From: Bacillota bacterium | Lineage (GTDB): Bacteria; Bacillota; Sulfobacillia; Fermentithermobacillales; Fermentithermobacillaceae | Direction of reading: 5' to 3' | Length of the DNA stretch: 64,000 nucleotides | Assembly: GCA_012841065.1 (NCBI GenBank) | Contig: DUVI01000002.1 | Location: 10,072-74,071 of the forward strand | Shown: positions 1 through 9,530 of the stretch, in pieces | How positions within the stretch are numbered: position 1 is the stretch's first letter | How the letters are laid out: every line of letters starts with the position of its first letter | The notes under the pieces: generated by a model | Seen by the model: the letters and a program-made list of their open reading frames with translations, nothing else | Told to the model about the DNA's origin: nothing | Database searches by the model: none | Translations under genes and position numbers: made by a program

Positions 1-419
1 GCGGGCTCATTGTGCTCGAAAGGGAAACGGGCCTTGAGGAGTTCATGGAAGATGCCGTGCGCATTGACGGCCTTGTGACCAGCCGGCTTATCGAGAATAT
101 CTTCGTGTTTGGGAGCCCCTTGCACGATGGAGCCGTCATTATCAGGGGGGACAGGGTTGCGGCGGCTGCAGGTTTCCTTCCTCCGACGGAAGATCCTGTG
201 GCTGTGGAACTGGGTTCCAGGCATAGGGCGGCCCTGGGCATTACCCAGGTGTCTGATGCCCTGGCGATAGTGATATCCGAGCAGACAGGCACAGTTTCAC
301 TCGCCTCAGGAGGCAGGTTAATCAGGGGCCTTGATCCCAAGACCTTAAGGGAGAAACTCTTGGAGGCGCTTGGCGCACAAACGACCATTCAAAGTGGCAG
401 CCGGAGGCCTGGAAAATGA
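1..419 (+). CDS. cdaA: Diadenylate cyclase CdaA, C-terminal part (5' end outside window)
   Basis: The frame is open from the window edge. GSPLHDGAVIIRGDRVAAAAGFLP...GSRHRAALGITQVSDALAIVISEQTGTVSLA matches the conserved DAC-domain core. It is followed by cdaR and glmM in the conserved Firmicute order, with an ATGA overlap onto the next gene. Confidence 0.9.
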   Translation, partial: GLIVLERETGLEEFMEDAVRIDGLVTSRLIENIFVFGSPLHDGAVIIRGDRVAAAAGFLPPTEDPVAVELGSRHRAALGITQVSDALAIVISEQTGTVSLASGGRLIRGLDPKTLREKLLEALGAQTTIQSGSRRPGK

Positions 420-1630
420 TTCGGAGAGTAATAGCTGACGATTATGCAGCGAAGATTATATGTTTGATTCTTGCCCTCATCGTCTGGGTCCAGGTGTTTA
501 ACGATAAGAATCCTCTGGAGAGGCGGATTCTTGCGATAGATGTGGTTCCCAATGCAGCCGGTGAGGAACTGATCATCGTGTCCACCGACCCGCCCAAGGT
601 CAACGTCACCTTAGAAGGCCGCGCCAACACTCTGGATGAGATCGACGAAGAGACCTTGAAAGCGGTAGCTGATCTGTCTGAGGCGGGGGAAGGCGTGTTT
701 TCCGCCGAATTGTCGGTTGATGCCCCTTACGGCGTGAAAGTGGTTGAAATAAATCCCCAGGTAGTCAGCTTCCATGTGGACGTGATGTCTTCGGCAAACG
801 TTGGCGTGGCCATTGAAACCCTGGGGGTTCCTCACGAAGACTTTGAGATGGGCCAACCTGTGCCTTCGACAGGAACCGTGAGGGTGGCAGGGCCTAAGCG
901 GCTGGTGGAACGGGTAAAATACGTAGCGGGTTCCGTGGATATTACGGGTGCTGGTGAAGCAGTATCTACAGTGGCCAAACTGTCAGCACGTGACGGGGCC
1001 GGCAATGAAGTCGCGGGAGTAAGCCTTGAACCCAACCAGGTACATGTCACTGTACCCCTCAATCCGCTTCCGCCATCAAAAGCCGTGCCCGTACAAGCTG
1101 TAGTCACAGGCGAGCCACAGGCCGGGTTCGCAGTGGGGCCTGTTACGGCCAGTCCGGCACAGGTGAAGATACGGGCCGATGAACAGGTGCTGAGGACTAT
1201 CGGGCATATATCTACCAAGCCCATTGATGTGAGCGGAAAAGACAGCACTTTCTTGCACCAAGCCACCCTTGATCTCCCGCAGGGGATAACGGTGCAAGAC
1301 GGGCGTGTGCTTATTACAGTTGAAATAGTTGAGGATATTACGACCAAGACCTACCAAGGCGTAATAGTCCAGCTTGAATCCCCGCCTGTCGGCTATGCGT
1401 GGGAGATCGATCCGGCAATAGTGAGCGTCGACATTACCGGCCGGAGCGATATTCTGGATAAAATTGATAAAGACGACATAACAGTTTATATAGATGCCTA
1501 CGGCAGGACCGAAGGTACTTCGGATCTGGTGGTTGCTTACAGGATAAACACTCCTGAAGGTGTCGATGCAGATACCCTGCAACTTGATATTAAGCCGGCC
1601 CGGGTCAAACTTACCTTGACCAAACGCTAA
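416..1630 (+). CDS. cdaR: CdaR / YbbR-domain regulator of CdaA
   Basis: Sits between cdaA and glmM. Has an N-terminal TM helix (IICLILALIVWVQVF) followed by repeated beta-rich YbbR-like segments. Its start overlaps the cdaA stop. Confidence 0.8.
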   Translation: MIRRVIADDYAAKIICLILALIVWVQVFNDKNPLERRILAIDVVPNAAGEELIIVSTDPPKVNVTLEGRANTLDEIDEETLKAVADLSEAGEGVFSAELSVDAPYGVKVVEINPQVVSFHVDVMSSANVGVAIETLGVPHEDFEMGQPVPSTGTVRVAGPKRLVERVKYVAGSVDITGAGEAVSTVAKLSARDGAGNEVAGVSLEPNQVHVTVPLNPLPPSKAVPVQAVVTGEPQAGFAVGPVTASPAQVKIRADEQVLRTIGHISTKPIDVSGKDSTFLHQATLDLPQGITVQDGRVLITVEIVEDITTKTYQGVIVQLESPPVGYAWEIDPAIVSVDITGRSDILDKIDKDDITVYIDAYGRTEGTSDLVVAYRINTPEGVDADTLQLDIKPARVKLTLTKR

Positions 1631-1709
1631 ACCGGAGGTTCTTGCGGAGCCTCACGCGGAGGTTTGTATGCCGTGGGCCTGTATGGGAAGATGACCGGAG
1701 GTTACTTGG

Positions 1710-3071
1710 ATGAATCTGTTTGGAACTGACGGTATTCGCGGTGTTGCCAACGAAGATCTGACGTGTGAAACCGCTTTCAAGCTGGGTCAGGCCGTAGGCC
1801 TGCGCCTTTCGCCAGGCAAGCAGGTTTGCGTAGGAAGGGACACCAGGATTTCCGGCGACATGCTGGAAGCATCACTGGTTGCAGGAATCACCTCTACAGG
1901 CAGGGATGTAATACGCCTGGGAGTGGTTACCACCCCGGGGCTTTCCTTTATTGTGAGCCGTTTTAACCTGGGCGGCGGGGTGATGATTTCCGCATCTCAC
2001 AATCCCTTCGAATATAACGGGCTCAAAGCGTTCGGCCCTGATGGAAGAAAGATTTCAGACGATACTGAGCTGGAGTTCTCCCAGATGATACTCGGCCGTT
2101 CTGATAACCGTCATTTGCCCACAGGTGCCGACATCGGACGGGTAATCGACGGAACCGGTATGGTTGATGCCTATGTTGAGTTCCTTGCCCGGTTTATCGA
2201 GCCTGGGATGTCCGGGCTGAGGATTGTGATCGATGCAGCCAATGGTTCTGCATCTTACCTCGCCCCGAGAGCATGGAGCCCCCTCAGCGCAAATGTGAAG
2301 GTTACTAACTGCAAGCCTGATGGGATCAACATTAACAACGAGTGTGGCTCAACCCACCCGGCGTGTTTGGCTGAGGAGGTAGTCAGGGGTGGGTATCATG
2401 CAGGTTTTGCTTACGACGGGGACGGTGACAGGTGTATAGCTGTAGACGAAAAAGGCAGTGTGCTCAACGGCGACCACATAATGGCGATCATGGCTTCAGA
2501 CATGGCGGAAAACAGCCGGCTTACGGGGAAGACTGTTGTGGGTACGATAATGGCCAACTTCGGGTTGGAGAGTTATCTGTCTTCGTGCGGGATAAGGTTG
2601 CTCAGGACGCCTGTGGGTGACCGCTTCGTGCTTGAGGAAATGGAGCGTGGCGGATATACCCTGGGCGGAGAGCAGTCGGGCCATATTATCTTCGGAGATA
2701 TTTTGCCGGCAGGCGACGGTATGTTGACCTCCCTGTGTCTCGCGCGGGCGCTTGCCCGGTCCGGCCGCAAGCTATCGGAACTTGCCTCGGTTGTCAAGCA
2801 AACACCCCAGGTGTTGGTAAACGTGGAGTCCCAGTGTCCTGAACTGGTCGTGAAATTGCCCCAGGTGCAGCAAGCGGTCATGAAAGTAAGCAAAGACCTC
2901 GAAGGCGTGGGACGGGTGGTAGTACGCCCCTCAGGCACGGAACCTTTGGTCAGGATAATGGTTGAATCCCAAGATGCCGGACTGGTTGACAGGTGCATTG
3001 ACTACCTGAAAGCAGTGATCACAGAGCAGGCACAGTCAGGGGCTTCCGGCTGGAAACCCCCGAATGCTTAA
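1710..3071 (+). CDS. glmM: Phosphoglucosamine mutase
   Basis: MNLFGTDGIRGVAN N-terminus, active-site ISASHNPFEYNGLK, and metal site AYDGDGDRCIAVD. An SD (GGAGG) lies 7 nt upstream. Confidence 0.95.
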   Translation: MNLFGTDGIRGVANEDLTCETAFKLGQAVGLRLSPGKQVCVGRDTRISGDMLEASLVAGITSTGRDVIRLGVVTTPGLSFIVSRFNLGGGVMISASHNPFEYNGLKAFGPDGRKISDDTELEFSQMILGRSDNRHLPTGADIGRVIDGTGMVDAYVEFLARFIEPGMSGLRIVIDAANGSASYLAPRAWSPLSANVKVTNCKPDGININNECGSTHPACLAEEVVRGGYHAGFAYDGDGDRCIAVDEKGSVLNGDHIMAIMASDMAENSRLTGKTVVGTIMANFGLESYLSSCGIRLLRTPVGDRFVLEEMERGGYTLGGEQSGHIIFGDILPAGDGMLTSLCLARALARSGRKLSELASVVKQTPQVLVNVESQCPELVVKLPQVQQAVMKVSKDLEGVGRVVVRPSGTEPLVRIMVESQDAGLVDRCIDYLKAVITEQAQSGASGWKPPNA

Positions 3072-4567
3072 AGCTTCATCAATTCATCAAACAATGCCCT
3101 CCAGGCCTGCCACGCTTTCTTAGCTTGGGCATTGGTGTAGTCTGTGAGCATTGCCCTGGCTCTGGCCGGATCCTCCTTGAAAACTTCATATACTTGCCGT
3201 TCAAACTGGGCCTGTGATTCCGCCCATAGGTTTTCCAGGGTATCTCTTGCCTCTGCAATCTTTGGGAACACTTGGGCGTATGCGGCGTCAGCAAGATCCT
3301 GAACCGATTGAAAAGCCCACCATGCACGGCCGGGACGGTAGGACAGGTCACCTTGTGGAACGTCGAAGTGGCTGGCCAATGCTGCTTCCGGCGACATCCA
3401 TGAGTAGCCTGCAGGTATCTTCGTAATCCCCAGGTACCAGGGCACATAGGGGCTGGTACACGGGTTAAGCAGCGTCCGCCATATACATGTGAATTCAGGT
3501 TGCTCCCTGAATTGGATCACAAAACTCTCAAGGGTAGTGGATGTGCAGATGGTGCGCGTACCCGTCCTGTGAGGGTTTATGAGATAGCCCTTGGACAAAT
3601 CGTCGCCGGTGCCCTCGTAGTGGGTGCGCAGGATTGCTTTTACATCCTCTACTCCCAGTTTGTCCGGAGGCCTTACCGAAAACGCACGCACATCGTCTGG
3701 CTCAGCCTTGAGGATGAGCCTCAAGGCGTTCTTGTGGCGCATGATATTGCCATCCTGGTTCTTTTCCGGGTCCTGGTAAGCTTGTGCAAAACTGAAGCTG
3801 CTGTAGTCTCCGGGGCGTCGAGGGGCGTACCAGCCACGGCTTATAGCGTAAACGATGATATCGTCTGATGTTATGTAATTGGCTTGGTCTGACAGATCTA
3901 CCTCGTGAATGGTATACCAATTGGGTATGAACATCACTTCGTCATCTGGAACCCTCTTTGCCACATAGTGCTTGCCTTGCACCACCTGGAGCACCCAACC
4001 CTCGTTCTTGTCCACAATCTGGTAAGCGCGGCCTGATGCAGTGTATCCATACTTCTCTATCAGTTGTGCCGCAATTTCCACACCTTCCCTGGCCGTCCTG
4101 GCCCTCTGGGCAATGATGTGTCCTAAGCCATACCCAATTCCCCCGTTGGTGAGTTCAGGCATATCTTCCCGGGAGGGGGAGCAGTTGTCTGTAGCTATTG
4201 CCACTCCCCATTCGTTGATGAACGTATCGCTGAAAGAAGATTTCCAACTGGCTCTCGTTTCTGACCACAGGTATGCCCAGGTTTGCTCAACCTGGGGGAT
4301 CTTGGCGCATTCAGGTTCGAACTCAAGCAGTCTGCCCCGCTCATGGGTTGCCCTGGGTACCAGATGCTGCATCATCACGTTGTTGCCTGAATCGTCTTCG
4401 TTGTGTCCAAAAAGCACTTCGCCGGTTGCCGATGCCTGTTTCCCTACGATGATTGCGCTGCAATCTTCCAGGGCAAGTTCGGGATCTATTCCAACAGGAA
4501 GTCCGTCCATGGTGTGCTCCCTCCAGTATTTGTGGCTTGGCTCAAAGCCAATCACCGAAACCCGCAT
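3068..4567 (-). CDS. Family C69-like (Ntn-hydrolase) dipeptidase
   Basis: About 500 aa. The N-terminal region CSAIIVGKQASATGEVLFGHNEDD resembles the Cys-nucleophile segment of C69 dipeptidases. The assignment is from memory of that motif only. Confidence 0.7.
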   Translation of the reverse strand: MRVSVIGFEPSHKYWREHTMDGLPVGIDPELALEDCSAIIVGKQASATGEVLFGHNEDDSGNNVMMQHLVPRATHERGRLLEFEPECAKIPQVEQTWAYLWSETRASWKSSFSDTFINEWGVAIATDNCSPSREDMPELTNGGIGYGLGHIIAQRARTAREGVEIAAQLIEKYGYTASGRAYQIVDKNEGWVLQVVQGKHYVAKRVPDDEVMFIPNWYTIHEVDLSDQANYITSDDIIVYAISRGWYAPRRPGDYSSFSFAQAYQDPEKNQDGNIMRHKNALRLILKAEPDDVRAFSVRPPDKLGVEDVKAILRTHYEGTGDDLSKGYLINPHRTGTRTICTSTTLESFVIQFREQPEFTCIWRTLLNPCTSPYVPWYLGITKIPAGYSWMSPEAALASHFDVPQGDLSYRPGRAWWAFQSVQDLADAAYAQVFPKIAEARDTLENLWAESQAQFERQVYEVFKEDPARARAMLTDYTNAQAKKAWQAWRALFDELMKL

Positions 4568-4620
4568 TTTGTTTTCAATATGCCGCTAAGGGTTTCCTTC
4601 TCACAAATGCCAATACTTAA

Positions 4621-4649
4621 TTGACAAAGGGTACCGTTTCGACTGCAAT
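4621..4649 (+). promoter_or_regulatory. Putative sigma-A promoter for acpS-nnr (TTGACA-17-TGCAAT)
   Basis: A perfect -35 TTGACA (4621-4626), a 17-nt spacer, then TGCAAT followed by an AT-rich tract, in the divergent intergenic region. Confidence 0.4.
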
Positions 4650-4655
4650 ATATAT

Positions 4656-5093
4656 ATGAAAGTGAAAGGCGTGATGGATGTGCATAGGCCCGTTCCGCTT
4701 CGTATAGGCCTGGATGTGGTGCTCATATCCCGCGTGAAGCAGATGTACGAGAAGAGGCCCCGACAATTTGTCGAAAGGTTTTTCGGAGAACATGAAAGGG
4801 AGTATTGTCTTGCTGCGGCCCGGCCTTGCCGCCGGTTTGAGCGGTTTGCAGGGCGTATTGCAGCCAAGGAAGCGGTGATGAAGGTTCTCGGACATGGCTG
4901 GCCTCATGTACCGTGGACTGATATTGAAATAGTCAATGACGGGTCGGGGCAACCTGCAGCTAACCTCAAGGGGAAAGCGTTGGACATCATGGAGCGGCAG
5001 GAATTGGCATCCATACAGGTTTCCATCACTCATGACGGGCAAGTGGCCGCTGCAGTTGCGGTTGGAATCTCTACGGCGATTAGGACCATGTGA
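4656..5093 (+). CDS. acpS: Holo-[acyl-carrier-protein] synthase
   Basis: IGLDVVLISRV...FAGRIAAKEAVMKVLG...DIEIVNDGSGQP...ITHDG are AcpS motifs. The start is uncertain: 4656, 4674 and 4680 are all possible, and 4656 would sit almost at the predicted transcription start. Confidence 0.85.
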   Translation: MKVKGVMDVHRPVPLRIGLDVVLISRVKQMYEKRPRQFVERFFGEHEREYCLAAARPCRRFERFAGRIAAKEAVMKVLGHGWPHVPWTDIEIVNDGSGQPAANLKGKALDIMERQELASIQVSITHDGQVAAAVAVGISTAIRTM

Positions 5094-5171
5094 GCCCATC
5101 TCAACCCACCGGGAGGGGTGGGCTAAACTCATAGATGTGGTAATTCACCAAAGGTCAGGGGAGTTGATCGA

Positions 5172-6842
5172 ATGTTCATCGTTTCTGCCGATGAGATGCG
5201 CCGATTGGATAACATGGTGCAACGGATGGGGGTACCCGCCCTCCTGCTCATGGAAAACGCAGGCAGAGCCCTGGCGAACCATTGTGAGAGGTTGTTGGCA
5301 GGGATTCCATTTGAAGCACACGAGACAGCTCAATCAGCCCCGGTACAACGCAAGAGGATTGCGGTTTTGGCAGGCCAGGGACAGAATGGCGGAGACGGGT
5401 TTTGCGCTGCCAGGCATTTGGCTGCAAGGGGGCATGACGTAAGGGTGGGCTTCTTCGGGAAACAGGCCAGGTTGCCCGAGGAAGCGCTTCTCAACTACCA
5501 GATGCTTGAGTCTTACCCTGTGGAGGCTTATTCGTGTGAATCTATGTCCCCTCAAGAAGTGCTTGACGCCCTGGGCCATCCAGAACTGATAATCGATGCC
5601 CTCCTGGGGATTGGAGGCAAAGGCGGCCCACGATTTCCCATGGACGTGGCGATCAGGTGGGCCAATTCCCAGGGTGCACCTGTGGTCGCGTGCGATATAC
5701 CTTCGGGCGTTTCAGCCGATACAGGCTACGCCTATTCTCCTTGCATCCAGGCAGATCTTACTGTCACCATGGGTTTCGCCAAGATAGGGCTTGTCAGCTA
5801 CCCAGGCCGCATGTATACAGGGGAGTTGGTTGTTGAAAACCTCGCTTTCCCTCCTGACCTATTGGTTGATTTTGACGCCGGTCAAAACGGCCGGACCTGT
5901 CAGAGCCAAGAGAACCCTCATGGTGAACAGCCCCAAGGGCGTATGAGAATTCTTGCCAAGGCAGCCACGTTTGAGGAAGCAGGCAAACTGATGCCCACAA
6001 GGCGGGGGAATCACCATAAAGGGAAGTCGGGCCATGTCCTGGTTATTGCAGGTTGTGTAGGTATGGCCGGAGCCGCGGTGTTGGCTGCCAAGAGCGCTCT
6101 CAGGGCCGGTGCCGGGACCGTCACCCTCATCTGTCCCGGTGAAGCGTACAACGTGTGCGCAGGAGCGGTACCTGAGGTAATGGTAGTACCGTGTGGTTCG
6201 TCAGGTGTGTTCTACCCGGCTAAAGAATGTATTGACGTGGTGCAGAGCCATCTTGAGAGGGCCGCGGCTGTGGTGATCGGGCCGGGGTGGGGGAGGGGAA
6301 ATTTTCAGACACGGTTCCTGAAGGAGATCCTCCCTGTAACGTCGAAAAAAACCTGTGTGATAGATGCAGATGCGCTGTTTGCCCTGAAACAACTGGGCGG
6401 GTTTTCATATCTGGCCGGCATCCAGGGAAGCTTTATTCTGACACCCCATCCGGGGGAAATGTCAGTGCTTACCGGGCTCAGCGCAGAGGAAATCGAAAAA
6501 GACAGGCCCGGTTACACAAGACAAGCGGCGCGTCAATCAAACAGCATCGTGTGCCTTAAAGGTGGCGGAACGTGCACTGCCGCGCCTTCAGGAAAGCTGT
6601 TTGTGAATACATCAGGCGGGCCCGGTATGGCGACTGCGGGTTCAGGTGATGTTCTCACCGGAGTTATTGCCGCGTTGGCTGCTCAAGGGCTCCCTTCTTA
6701 TTCAAGTGCTTGGCTGGGAGTGTTCTGGCACGGGGTTGCAGGAGAAACTGCCTTGAAGCGTAAAGGATCCTACGGCATATTGGCCGGAGATATCCTTGAG
6801 TGTTTACCCGGGGCCAGAGCGCTTATAGCAGGACAAATTTGA
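5172..6842 (+). CDS. nnr: Bifunctional NAD(P)H-hydrate repair enzyme (epimerase + ADP-dependent dehydratase)
   Basis: N-terminal YjeF_N (VLAGQGQNGGDGFCAARHL...DALLGIGGKG), C-terminal carbohydrate-kinase-like domain (HKGKSGHVLVIAG...GPGMATAGSGDVLTG). A low-complexity linker joins the two domains. Confidence 0.9.
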   Translation: MFIVSADEMRRLDNMVQRMGVPALLLMENAGRALANHCERLLAGIPFEAHETAQSAPVQRKRIAVLAGQGQNGGDGFCAARHLAARGHDVRVGFFGKQARLPEEALLNYQMLESYPVEAYSCESMSPQEVLDALGHPELIIDALLGIGGKGGPRFPMDVAIRWANSQGAPVVACDIPSGVSADTGYAYSPCIQADLTVTMGFAKIGLVSYPGRMYTGELVVENLAFPPDLLVDFDAGQNGRTCQSQENPHGEQPQGRMRILAKAATFEEAGKLMPTRRGNHHKGKSGHVLVIAGCVGMAGAAVLAAKSALRAGAGTVTLICPGEAYNVCAGAVPEVMVVPCGSSGVFYPAKECIDVVQSHLERAAAVVIGPGWGRGNFQTRFLKEILPVTSKKTCVIDADALFALKQLGGFSYLAGIQGSFILTPHPGEMSVLTGLSAEEIEKDRPGYTRQAARQSNSIVCLKGGGTCTAAPSGKLFVNTSGGPGMATAGSGDVLTGVIAALAAQGLPSYSSAWLGVFWHGVAGETALKRKGSYGILAGDILECLPGARALIAGQI

Positions 6843-6901
6843 CCGGTTTCAGAAGCAGGCTGAGGGCCGGCTATAAGGAGGCCGAACCTATCTTGGCTAG
6901 A

Positions 6902-7216
6902 ATGAGACGAGTGGTTGTAGCGTTCCCCGAAGACATATTGGCAGGTATTGATGACATAGTAGTAGAAACAAACAAGACCCGTTCCCTGTTTATACGTGAA
7001 GCTTGTTGTTTTTACATGGAAAAGGTGAAACAAGAGAACATGCGGGAGCAGATGAAAACCGGGTATTTGGAGATGGCCGAGATTAACAGTCTCTTGGCTG
7101 AAGAGATAGCGTGTGATTTCGATTGCTGTCCGAGATTCGGGCCTATCGATGAATGCAGTGCCTATGCACAAGCTGTTTCCCGGCATGATGTATCTGCCAG
7201 ATGGAGGAAGTCTTGA
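6902..7216 (+). CDS. mazE: MazE/EndoAI-type RHH antitoxin
   Basis: MRRVVVAFPEDILAGIDDIV...RSLFIREACCFYMEK...MKTGYLEMAEINS parallels B. subtilis EndoAI. It lies directly upstream of mazF. An alternative TTG start at 6893 is closer to the AAGGAGG at 6875-6881. Confidence 0.8.
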   Translation: MRRVVVAFPEDILAGIDDIVVETNKTRSLFIREACCFYMEKVKQENMREQMKTGYLEMAEINSLLAEEIACDFDCCPRFGPIDECSAYAQAVSRHDVSARWRKS

Positions 7217-7567
7217 TTGGAGCCTTCCAGAGGTGAGATTTACTTTGCCGATCTAAACCCTGTTCTTGGTTCAGAACAAGGGGGATTTAGGCCGGTCTTG
7301 ATCATTCAAAACGATATCGGAAACAAGTACAGCCCTACAGTGATTATCTCTGCAATTACTTCCCAGATTCAAAAGGCGAGGCTTCCAACTCATGTAGAAC
7401 TCCCTGCACGTCTCTCAAACCTTGAACGAGACTCAGTTATCTTGCTCGAACAGATAAGGACCATAGATAAAAGACGTCTCAAGAAGAGGGTAGCTAAGCT
7501 GGACAGCGAAATTATGTCTCAAGTGGATGAAGGCTTGGTAATATCTTTAGGGTTAAAGCCTTTGTAG
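7217..7567 (+). CDS. mazF: MazF/EndoA (PemK family) mRNA interferase toxin
   Basis: [58 protein letters not shown]...[17 protein letters not shown] is near-colinear with B. subtilis EndoA. The TTG start abuts the mazE stop. Confidence 0.93.
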   Translation: MEPSRGEIYFADLNPVLGSEQGGFRPVLIIQNDIGNKYSPTVIISAITSQIQKARLPTHVELPARLSNLERDSVILLEQIRTIDKRRLKKRVAKLDSEIMSQVDEGLVISLGLKPL

Positions 7568-7612
7568 TAGTAAGGCCGGTTGCGGCAGTAAATCTCAAAG
7601 GAGAGGATGTAG

Positions 7613-8320
7613 ATGAAACCGGTAATTGGCATCGTAGCTAGTTGGAACGAGGAGAAAGAGTCCTCTGTGTTGTCCTACACGTACGTTTCTGCCGTGCTGG
7701 AAGCGGGTGGAGTTCCTTTGGCCATACCCATGGTGGGTAAAGATGAAACTGATGAGATCCTGCCCAAACTGGACGGCATCGTGTTTCCGGGCGGCGCCGA
7801 CGTTGACCCGGCCCGGTACGGAGAGCGGCCCCATCTGAAACTCGGCAGTGTCAACCCAAGGCTCGATGAACTGGAGTTGTATTTGGCCAGGAGAGTATTG
7901 GATATGGGGCTCCCGGTTGTGGGAATATGCAGAGGCTGCCAGGTGGTTAACGTTGCAGCCGGTGGCACTTTGGTCCAGGATATCCCGTCTCAGGTTGGCG
8001 GAGCGATGAAACATCAGCAGCAGGCTCCCAGATGGCACGGTACACATGAAGTCATCATTGAAGAGGATTCCCTGGCATTTGAGGTGTTTGGTGTCAGGCG
8101 GCTGTCGGTGAACTCATATCACCACCAGGCAGTCAGGGATCCGGGTAAGGGTTTGGTTATTTCAGGCAGGGCTCTCGACGGCGTCAACGAGGTGGTTGAG
8201 GGGCGCAAGAATTTTGTGCTGCTGCTGCAATGGCACCCTGAATGCATGTGGAAGCATAACCGTGTTTTCCTCAGGCCGTTTGAAGCACTTGTGGAGGCCG
8301 CCAAGAATTCTCATGATTGA
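7613..8320 (+). CDS. Class-I glutamine amidotransferase / gamma-glutamyl hydrolase-like (peptidase C26, PuuD-like)
   Basis: Nucleophile elbow GICRGCQVVNVAAGG, NSYHHQAV, and LLLQWHPE (His/Glu of the triad). Confidence 0.8.
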   Translation: MKPVIGIVASWNEEKESSVLSYTYVSAVLEAGGVPLAIPMVGKDETDEILPKLDGIVFPGGADVDPARYGERPHLKLGSVNPRLDELELYLARRVLDMGLPVVGICRGCQVVNVAAGGTLVQDIPSQVGGAMKHQQQAPRWHGTHEVIIEEDSLAFEVFGVRRLSVNSYHHQAVRDPGKGLVISGRALDGVNEVVEGRKNFVLLLQWHPECMWKHNRVFLRPFEALVEAAKNSHD

Positions 8321-8336
8321 GTGGAGCAAGTAGACG

Positions 8337-9443
8337 ATGAACAATTCGAGGCCTAGGTGCAGGGATCTTGGGATCTCTATCGGAACGCTCCCCACAGGAC
8401 CTTATAATGCGATTACCGATGTTCCCGGGGTTCTTGTAGGGCATTCGACGATCATAGAGGGTGAAGGGCCTCTTGTTCCAGGAAGAGGGCCGGTGAGAAC
8501 GGGCGTAACCGCTATCAGACCTCATCCTGGCAACTTGTTTCAAGAAAAGGTGCCGGGAGCCGTGTATGTGATAAACGGGTTCGGGAAAGCCACAGGCCTT
8601 GCCCAGGTTCAGGAGCTCGGGGTCATTGAAACCCCTGTTATCCTAACCAATACCCTGAGCGTAGGCCAGGCCTGGGATGCCCTCTGCGAGTACATGCTGG
8701 AACAAAATCCTGACATCGGCGTGACTACAGGTACCGTGAACCCCTTGGTGCTTGAATGCAACGACGGCTACCTGAATGACATCAGGGGCCGGCATGTAAG
8801 AAAGCATCATGTGTTGGCAGCGTTGAATGAGGCGTCATCGGGGCCTGTAACGGAAGGCAACGTAGGAGGCGGTACCGGGATGTCGTGCTTGGGTTTCAAG
8901 GGAGGCATAGGTACAGCTTCCAGGTGTGTAGAAGTTGGTGAAAACCAATGGTCTGTAGGCGTATTGGTGATGTCCAATTTCGGTAGCATGAAAGAACTCA
9001 GGATATCAGGGATCCCGGTCGGGCTGGAACTGGAGAAACGTTTAGGGAGGCAACATAAGACTCCCCCTGGTTCCATAGTTATTGTACTGGGAACAGATGC
9101 GCCCGTTTCACACAGGCAGCTTAACAGGATCGCCAAGAGGTGCCAGGGGGGACTGGCGCGTGTAGGCTCCACTTTCCAAAACGGAAGCGGCGATTTCGTC
9201 GTGGCGTTTTCTACGGCTAACCGTGTGCGCCATAAAGATTCGTCTGCTTTTGTAGAAGGCAAATGGCTGAGGGATGACTCCCGTGACTTGGGCCGGATTT
9301 TTGCGGCTGCTGTTGAAGCCACTGAAGAAGCGATCCTTAATTCACTGTCGGCTGCAGACACTATGGAAGGGCGGGACGGCAACACCAGAATGGGCCTGCC
9401 TGTTAGCATGGTGCTTGATATTCTTGGAACCTGGAAAGCCTAA
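8337..9443 (+). CDS. DmpA/P1-family (S58) aminopeptidase
   Basis: GPYNAITDVPGVLVGHSTI...RTGVTAI...VGGGTGMSCLGFKGGIGTASR is typical of DmpA-like self-processing Ntn peptidases. Confidence 0.8.
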   Translation: MNNSRPRCRDLGISIGTLPTGPYNAITDVPGVLVGHSTIIEGEGPLVPGRGPVRTGVTAIRPHPGNLFQEKVPGAVYVINGFGKATGLAQVQELGVIETPVILTNTLSVGQAWDALCEYMLEQNPDIGVTTGTVNPLVLECNDGYLNDIRGRHVRKHHVLAALNEASSGPVTEGNVGGGTGMSCLGFKGGIGTASRCVEVGENQWSVGVLVMSNFGSMKELRISGIPVGLELEKRLGRQHKTPPGSIVIVLGTDAPVSHRQLNRIAKRCQGGLARVGSTFQNGSGDFVVAFSTANRVRHKDSSAFVEGKWLRDDSRDLGRIFAAAVEATEEAILNSLSAADTMEGRDGNTRMGLPVSMVLDILGTWKA

Positions 9444-9530
9444 TACAGGGTTACATGGTTTACGGCAGGAAAAATTGGATAATCGTCGAATGTTGAATGT
9501 TGTAAGAAGCAGATCTTAGGGAGGTTTGTA

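Noticed and set aside
832-1582. Two overlapping minus-strand ORFs of about 170 aa inside cdaR. Similar shadows: 18009-18647, 38697-39287, 39968-40522, 40015-40512.
   Set aside because: All are embedded antisense in well-supported genes, and none shows start-site or motif support.
6800-6901. N-terminal extension of the mazE ORF (MFTRGQSAYSRTNLTGFRSRLRAGYKEAEPILAR). Analogous upstream extensions occur in the ORF-track entries for rimI (20147), iscS (31812), gatA (58987), mreD (45417) and the ASKHA genes (10254, 14073).
   Set aside because: In each case an internal start with a proper SD matches the N-terminus of homologues or of the paralogue. The extension overlaps the preceding gene or has an atypical composition.
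6902-7567. mazEF considered as an accessory or defence island.
   Set aside because: This is the conserved chromosomal endoAI/endoA-type pair in its usual Firmicute neighbourhood downstream of acpS. It has no flanking mobile-element or integrase signatures.
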